From Eledone cirrhosa (Eukaryota), in the NCBI GenBank assembly GCA_964016885.1, contig OZ024740.1, positions 76,880,001-76,944,000 of the forward strand: a stretch of 64,000 bases of DNA. Direction: 5' to 3'. This document shows, piece by piece, positions 56,003 to 64,000 of this stretch. The position numbers were made by a program, and so were the translations under genes. Positions within the stretch are counted from its first letter, which is position 1, and each line of letters begins with the position of its first letter. Below the pieces are notes generated by a model. That model had not been told where the DNA came from. It ran no database searches and was given only the letters and a program-made list of their open reading frames with translations.

Positions 56003-56221
56003 AATATGTATATATATATACATATATAAAAGTGTGTCTATGGCTGTGTGTCTATCAATTACAACATGATGCGTCCTGTTGCGTCAAAGGTAATCGATAA
56101 AATGAGTACCTATCGCTTATCGTACTAAATATTACTCTTAGCTCCAACGCTTTACGTCTAAAACTTTTCGAATACAGACGGATGATATTTTCTCACCTAT
56201 GTATATATATATATATTATAT

Positions 56222-56388
56222 ATTAATTATACTTAACTCGTTCTATGGACTGAGTGGTCTTATGTTAGGATATTTATACCAAATTTGTACTACACTACAA
56301 ATATATATTGTATATATAACAATAAAATAGAAGTCAGTGCTTTAGAATTTACCTACATATACTGATTACATAATTGCTGTCAATGTAC

Positions 56389-56457
<69 letters not shown>

Positions 56458-57112
56458 ATGTGTGTGTGTGTATACAGTGTACCCACGGTCCCAGTTATTC
56501 GCGGAATTTTTCTTAGAGCCTAACTAATAATTGTTCGTGGAAACCACCGCATATTCGCAGAATCGTAAATATCTTCCGCGATTTTTTTCCTGGCGTTTTT
56601 CCAGGCAAAATATAATTTTAACGCTAAATTATTAATAACAATATACCCTATTTGTCGGCGTATTGGACACCCCTTCGTATAAGATGATCCCTCTTTTTAT
56701 ATAATATTTTACGTTATATTTTGACATTTATAGGCATTTATGGACCACTTCCAATATTCGTGGTTTTTCACTCTTCGTGGGTACTCAATTAACGTCACCC
56801 CCGCGAATACCGGGGGACAACTGTATACATATACGGGTACGATTACATGACGGCCAGGCCTTGACAGAGATTATGTAATCAGTATATGTAGGTAAATTCT
56901 AAAGCACTGACTTCTATTTTATTGTTATATATACAATATATATATATACTGTAGTACAAATTTGGTATAAATATCCTAGCATAAGAGCACTCAGTCCATA
57001 GAACGAGTTAAGTATAATTAATTACAACAGCGACATATATTTAGCAACTTAAGTTTCGTTGAGATAAATAACCCAACGAAACTTAAGTACCTTTATATGG
57101 CACTGTTGTAAC

Positions 57113-57117
<5 letters not shown>
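56222..57117. repeat. Inverted repeat (about 165-bp arms) of the 51530-51800 family enclosing a MITE
   Basis: 56222-56382 is the reverse complement of about 56861-57020. CCCAACGAAACTTAAGTACC at 57072 is an HHR 3' half. Confidence 0.8.
56475..56823. mobile_element. Tigger-like (MER2-type) MITE
   Basis: TA-CAGTGTACCC..TATTCGCGG at the left end and rc TA-CAGTTGTCCCCCGGTATTCGCGGGG at the right end; TA target duplication. Confidence 0.65.
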
Positions 57118-57155
<38 letters not shown>

Positions 57156-57375
57156 ATTAGAGTTTAGATGAGTTGATAATACAACCATATAAAGGCAATG
57201 AACATTTCAAAGCTCAATGTGATTTTATAGTCCATCGCAAGATAGGTAAGAGGTAGGTTTACATTTTCGGGCTTCAGTGATTGTCTTATAGACAGGGGTT
57301 GATAAATGTTAATGTTATTTAAAAGCTTCTGAAGAATTTAATATATTCTTTATTCCGTTCTCTCGCCCCCCCCCC

Positions 57376-57524
<149 letters not shown>

Positions 57525-57602
57525 CTATATATATATATATATATTATAATAATATATAAGGGAACAAAGAATCAGTGTTGCATCATATACCTATATATAT
57601 AT

Positions 57603-57635
<33 letters not shown>

Positions 57636-57650
57636 CATACATATATATAC

Positions 57651-57751
<101 letters not shown>

Positions 57752-57764
57752 TATACATATATAT

Positions 57765-57830
<66 letters not shown>

Positions 57831-58036
57831 TATATATATATGGACAGATTCAGGATCCCGACGGCTGAGCTCCGACCGTTTCGACAGCTAGATCTAAACG
57901 TTCGGATCTAGCTGTCAATGTCCTGAATCTTTTCATATTGCCCACTCTACTACGCCAAGTATCGAGTTCTCTGGTGGGTTAGGGTCCACCTGGTATCTTA
58001 CCATACCATTCCTGATATATATATATACTATTTCTG

Positions 58037-58105
<69 letters not shown>

Positions 58106-58319
58106 CGGGTAACATGAATATTACAATGAAACTGAAAAACAAGCACAACACCTTTTCTATAGTAAATCCAGCCCCAAATATCTACCCCCCCCCCCCCCCA
58201 AATATTTAAGGGTTGAACAACCCAGCTAAGCGACCATCCGTTGCTCGAATTTTCTCCCTTCCATCAAGCTAACCACCCACGCTTGACAACATCAAGGCAG
58301 CTCCCCCATACTATCACTA

Positions 58320-58875
58320 GCGCATCCACCACCACCACCACCACCACCACCACCACCACAATCATAACCCATACCGCCACCTCTGCCAATGCCACTACTT
58401 CTACTACCACCACCACCACTACTACTACCACTACAACAAAAACAACAATAACAAACATTAACACTAGTCCCACACCCACATCCACCACTGCCACCACCAC
58501 TACCACCACCAACACTACCTTCACCACCATCACCACCACTATGACCACCACCACCACTGCCACCACCACCACCACCACCACCACTAACACTACCACCACC
58601 ACCAACACTACCTTCACCACCACCGCCACCAATATCACTACCACCACCACCATAACCACCACCACCACCACCACCGCCACCAACACCACCAACACTACCA
58701 CCACCAACACTACCTTCACCACCACCGCCACCAATATCACTATCACCACTAACACCACCATCACCACTACCACCACAATCACCACCACCACCACTACCAC
58801 CATCACCACCACCACCACCACCATCACCACCACCACCACCATCACCACTACCACTACAATCACCAACCTCATCAC
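58320..58875. repeat. Degenerate (ACC)n / higher-order minisatellite
   Basis: ACC triplets with a recurring AACACTACCTTCACC unit. Confidence 0.9.
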
Positions 58876-59212
58876 AGTCACCATTCATCAAAGGCTCTGG
58901 CATGTGGCCCTGGAATTATTCGTGCTAGTTGTTGCAGCATCCACTCTACTATGCAATATATATGCGCACTTTAGCTATTTCCGGTCGGAATTCTTTCATT
59001 TCTGCTATGAAGACAATGAGTACTGCCCCCCCCCCCTCCTCACATATACTTACACCCACACACACAGACACACTCACACACACACCAGTCAGCCTCGTAC
59101 CACCCCGACAATACTACTGCCACGTCCCGTCCCCAGCACGTCCTCCTCGTCTTCAAGACGTCTTCACCGCCCACGTAAACTATAAGTAGCTATGATACAT
59201 GGATGTAAGATG

Positions 59213-59246
<34 letters not shown>

Positions 59247-59297
59247 TGTATGTATGTATGTATGAATGTATATACATATGTATGCATGAACATATGT

Positions 59298-59782
59298 TGT
59301 CTCTTTCTCTTAATTTCGAGTATATTTTTGACCGGCCACCTTCCTGGTGGCAAGGTTCTAAAAGAAAAGAAATTGTCATCCCTTGAATCACAAGAATGTT
59401 TTGCAAATGTTGAAGGTGCCAGCTATCGCAGCCATTTGCAGACTATGAATTAGGGAGCTGCGCTCTTTGTCCGCAAATCCAAGTTCAGTCATACTTTGGT
59501 CCAAGCGGGTTGGTATATAACCCGTAGTTCCAATAATGATGGGTATGAAGCTAAAGGTGTATCCTGGATACTGTATTTGTAAACTCCTCATCAATGGTCC
59601 GGAGATGTCCTCCTTCTGCTGTATTTTTCTGACAACGTTTACACAAGTGGGCAACAGAACGCGTTTTCATTGTGTGGTGCCAAACAACAATATCAGGCCG
59701 GTTGTGCTTTAATTTGGTGGCAGTTTTTATTTTCAGGTTCCACCAGTATTCCTTGGTGCCATCTGTCTCAATATATTCTTCC
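59298..59782 (-). mobile_element. Short 3' copy of the 23960-25883 R4-clade family in (TATG)n
   Basis: Near-identical to 23960-24450. It retains TGYIPT, which is deleted in the other copy. (TATG)n on both sides. Confidence 0.9.
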
Positions 59783-60364
59783 TGTATATGTATGTACTTA
59801 TGTATGTATGTTGGTAGGTATGTATGTATGTATGAATGTATGAATATATATATACATATGTATGCATGAACGTATATATGTACTTACGTATGAATGTATG
59901 CATGAATATTTATATATACATATGTATGCATTAACATATGCATGTATATTTGTATGTACTTATGTATGTTGGTATGTATGTTTATATGTATGTACATATG
60001 GTTAAGAGAGTGGGACTAGCTTTGTGCAGTGCCTTTGCTCACTATAAAAGCTTCACGGCACAGGCATTGCTTTATATCTGGAGATCTCTCTGCACTTGTC
60101 ACATGGTACCATGGGCCCAGCACTATGTGTGAATAACCGTCACAAGTTTAGTGTTTGTACCAGAGTTTTCAAGTCACTGGCTGGACTAAGTCACACTCGT
60201 TCAGCGCATCGGTAGGGGTTCTCATACATGGATATAAAGTAGTGACCGTACTCGAAAACGAGTTGGCAGCCACCATGTACATATGTATATATGTATGTAC
60301 ATATGTATGCATGTTTGTATGTATATACAATGTGTGTATGTTTTCATGTACATATGTATTCATG

Positions 60365-60438
<74 letters not shown>

Positions 60439-60499
60439 CTTTCATGTATGTGCATAATTGTATGCCTGTATATATGTATGTACGTACATTTAAAATCTA

Positions 60500-60780
60500 A
60501 AGTCCGTCTCGAACCCGGACGCTCATGAGGCGGTGGCTTATCACGATTTCCGTGGCGTGACGCGACTGAAAGTACAAGAGACCTCCCTGGAGAGGACGCT
60601 AGTCCATCGCAGACTTAATCCCCTATATTTGACTGATACTCATTTTCAGCTGAGTATAATGGAGCAACGTGCACTGAAGTGTACTGTGTATCTACACAAC
60701 ACACAACCCAGCCCAGGAATCGTACCCACGGCATTATGATTGTAAGTCCAACACCTTTACCACTAGCCCACGCGCCTCCA
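60500..60780 (-). mobile_element. tRNA-derived SINE (second family)
   Basis: Minus strand begins TGGAGGCGCGTGGGCTAGTGGTAAAGGTGTTGGACTT..GGGTACGATTCCTGG (A/B-box-like). Confidence 0.7.
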
Positions 60781-60883
60781 CGTTTATATGCATACGTGTA
60801 TATATGTCTGTGTACACATGTATATGTATGTGCGTATGTATATATGTATGTATGTGTATATATTATGTGTATGCATGTGAGCT

Positions 60884-60942
<59 letters not shown>

Positions 60943-61194
60943 ATATTTGGGGAGGGTCATATTTGCGTAATATTGCCAGAATTAATATATATGTATTTAT
61001 ATATGCATATACTTCTGTAAATGTGTAGTATGTAAATGTTTATGCCTGTGTATGTGTATGCATGTGTATGTATGTATATATATGTTTATGTATATATACA
61101 TATATGTATGTGTATATATGTGTGTATGTGTGTATGTATGTATGTTTGTATGCATGTATGCATATATGCATGTATATATGTATATATGTATAAG

Positions 61195-61410
61195 TCTCCT
61201 TAAATTTCGTGTGTATTTTTGCCCGGCCACCATCCCGGTGGCAATCAATGTTCCTTTTGCACACGTTCATCTTTTGAATCTTAAATGTTTTTCTTCCAAT
61301 TATAAAGTTCCAGATGTCGTGGTCATTTGTCGCTCTCATTTTCCCCCAAGAATACAAATCCAGTAATGCTCGTATATATACTGGTATATATCCTGTAGCT
61401 CCTATAATAA
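61195..61410 (-). mobile_element. Diverged R4-clade 3' end next to (TATG)n
   Basis: IIIGATGYIPV..KTFKI. The 3' UTR TTGCCACCGGGATGGTGGCCGG resembles that at 23995-24020. Confidence 0.6.
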
Positions 61411-61411
61411 T

Positions 61412-61572
61412 TGTTTCTACTTTTGGCACAAGGCCAGCAATTATCCAGTGCATTACTGGTACTTTATTTTATCGACCTCGTAAGGATGAAAGGCAAAGTT
61501 AACCTCAGCGGGATTTGAACTCAGAATGGCAAGGGCCGTATCTCTATGCGTGGCGTCCGACCCTCTAACAAT
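61412..61572 (-). mobile_element. Deu/Nin-type SINE
   Basis: Family motifs are present. TSD CCTATAATAAT at 61401 and 61573. Confidence 0.85.
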
Positions 61573-61862
61573 CCTATAATAATAGTATAAAATAGATGCG
61601 TAATTGAAGTCCTCCTTCTCTTCTATCTATCTTATTAACATCGAATGGGCAGCTGAGTTCTACAACAGAGCATGTATTCAATGTGTGATATAAACACCAA
61701 TATCAAGCCGGTTGTGTCTTAATTAGTAATTTTATTTTTCGGTTCCACCAATATTGTACCTCCATCGTTTCCGACGATGCTTCAGCCGATTCAATCAACA
61801 AAGTTCTTTATTCGTGAAATTAACGTGTACGAAACTGAGCATTAAATGGACGTATATACATA

Positions 61863-62040
61863 TAATTGTTTCTACTTTTGGCACAAGGCCAGTAATTACC
61901 CAGTACATTACTGGTACTATATTTTATCGACCCCGTGAGGATGAAAAGCAAAGTTAACCTCGGCGGGATTTGAACTCAGACCGTAAAGGGACGTAACTAT
62001 GCTGGAAAGCATGTCCGACCCTCTACCGATACTGCCAATG
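61863..62040 (-). mobile_element. Deu/Nin-type SINE
   Basis: Highly similar to 3552-3720. Confidence 0.85.
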
Positions 62041-62550
62041 TAGTTATCAGAGGAATTGAACGAGACACAATGTATGATGAGGTCAGTTCTTTGAATTACA
62101 TGTACAACTCAATTTTACCAGCTGACTGTACTGAAGCAAAGTTAAATAAATTGTCTTGCTCAAGGACACAACACAGAGCCCAGTCCAGGAATCAAACTCA
62201 TCTGTTGTGGTTTAACTTGGTGGTGGTTTGTATTGTTAGGTTCTTCAGCCATTAGTTTCAACATATTCATAAGTAGTTGTCCATATATTTGTAGTGCTTT
62301 CCAAATTGTTCAGACTAACACATCACGATACATTAACGGAGCCATAGACTCTCGTTTATTGTGTGTCTACTTTGCCTTCCATGGGCTATAGATTCCATAC
62401 ACTGGTGGTTTGTCCCTGTTTGACTGATGGCGCACTATCTCTCTTTCTGGTGTGTTATCTTTTCTACATATCTACCAAATCAACTTTTTAAATGGAAGTT
62501 GAAGTTGTAAGGTATGTCAAATCTATCTATTTATATGACTGTTTATATTG

Positions 62551-62616
62551 TATTTTGTCTGATGAAGGCATACCATATTTTTAATATGATATCCCTGAAA
62601 TATATATAATGAAATA
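62551..62616 (+). ncRNA. Type I hammerhead motif
   Basis: TATTTTGT CTGATGA AGG...CCT GAAA TATATA TA ATGAAATA. 8-bp stem I with two G-U pairs. Confidence 0.72.
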
Positions 62617-62681
62617 AATATGGTTTTATAAATATAGTTTCCATTTATTTAATATCGTATATATATATATATATATATAAT

Positions 62682-62732
<51 letters not shown>

Positions 62733-62790
62733 CAAGTATATATATGATATATATATATATATATATACAAGTGGAAGCTTAGTAAAATCG

Positions 62791-62835
<45 letters not shown>

Positions 62836-63643
62836 TATAATGTATGTACGTATAATGTACGTGTCTATGTATTCAGCTATAGCTGTATATTATATAAGCA
62901 AGGTCTGTCTTGACATGTCTTAGCTGTATTATTGTTGTAGTTAATGAGGTGTAGACCATAGGAGTTTTTTTTATATACTTACTTGATATTAATGTTATAT
63001 AATTCCATAATTCTCATCATCTCTCATTGTAATCTTTATTTTATTCCCTTTGTTATGTTTGTTTGTTTCTTTTTGTTGTTGTTGTTGTTGTTTTGCAGTT
63101 GTTTATGATGCCAAAAATATAAATTGTGTTATTTACACCAAATAGTACATAAAAATAAAAATAAAAATACCACCACCACTACCACCTCCTTTCTCCATTT
63201 TCCACCGCCATTACAATTTCTATCGCTCTTTCTGTACCAAAGTTATAAATATTACTGTTTTATCAAAGATATTTTCTAAAATTGTCCCAAATGTACCGAA
63301 TGCCCACTTCACTGGCACCACTCTGACTATTCTGATTAGTTCTGTTTCCCCTATGCTACACCTTATACCCTCTCTCGCTCTCCCCCTCTTCCTCTCTTTC
63401 TCTCTTTCTCTCTCTCTCTATCTCTCCCTATTTTCCCTTCCCAACCTCTCTCTTTCTTTGTGTATATATCTTGATAATCTTGTCTCGACACTCATTAGTT
63501 CTTAATACAATTTCAACATCATTATCTTTTTCCTTCAACTAACTATCTCATGAGAACAGGTTAATTTTTAATAATTCCTCATCTCTTCCCACCCCTCTTT
63601 TACTCTCTTTCATTCTCTCTCACTCTCACTCTCTCTCACACGC

Positions 63644-63686
<43 letters not shown>

Positions 63687-63772
63687 ACACGCACACACAC
63701 GTGCACACACACACACACACTCACTGTCTGCCTAAATGCATCTTCTGTCTTCCTGCTTCTTGTCATATTTGA

Positions 63773-63842
63773 GAAGAAGAAGAAGAAGAAGAAGAAGAAG
63801 AAGAAGAAGAAGAAGAAGAAGAAGAAGAAGAAGAAGAAGAAA
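63773..63842. repeat. (AGA)n microsatellite
   Basis: Directly visible. Confidence 0.95.
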
Positions 63843-64000
63843 AGCACCAGCAACAATAACAAGAAAAAGCAAGAAAAAGAACAACAATAATAGCAACAAC
63901 AACGGTCGGTGCAGTTAAGTTAAACGTGAAGTATTAATAACTAAATGCAAAGTTTGCTGCATGGAAATATACTTTAAATAATAATTTCTAACAGGCTGAG

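Noticed and set aside
58241-59185. 314-aa Thr-rich mucin-like ORF
   Set aside because: The frame is open only because of the (ACC)n repeat. It is open on both strands, starts at a non-ATG codon and shows no signal peptide or recognisable domain.

Overview
Eukaryotic, AT-rich DNA saturated with microsatellites, with no confidently identifiable host exon. The SINE families and the (TA)n/(CA)n/(TAA)n load point to a coleoid cephalopod, most likely Octopus (inference). Most ORFs in the track are microsatellite translations. The recognisable coding sequence is all from transposons: several R4/Dong-clade RLE non-LTR retrotransposons (one 5'-truncated copy with an open 828-codon frame, one near-full-length copy with a single nonsense codon, others decayed), RTE fragments, a decayed hATm-like transposase, a deleted mariner, Tigger-like MITEs, and two Penelope-like GIY-YIG C-terminal fragments. 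The most striking signal is non-coding. About 18 hammerhead ribozyme (HHR) motifs, from roughly 10 unrelated sequence families, can be read by eye. They sit in short modules embedded in (TA)n tracts, often as divergent fold-back pairs. At least two modules (7323-8062 and 15851-16666) are built from tandem or circularly permuted ~475-530 bp units with one HHR each, as expected for circular-RNA retrozyme-like or mini-Penelope elements. One HHR carries the compensatory U3-A8 core and a long extended stem I. All folds and alignments were done by eye, so element boundaries are approximate.
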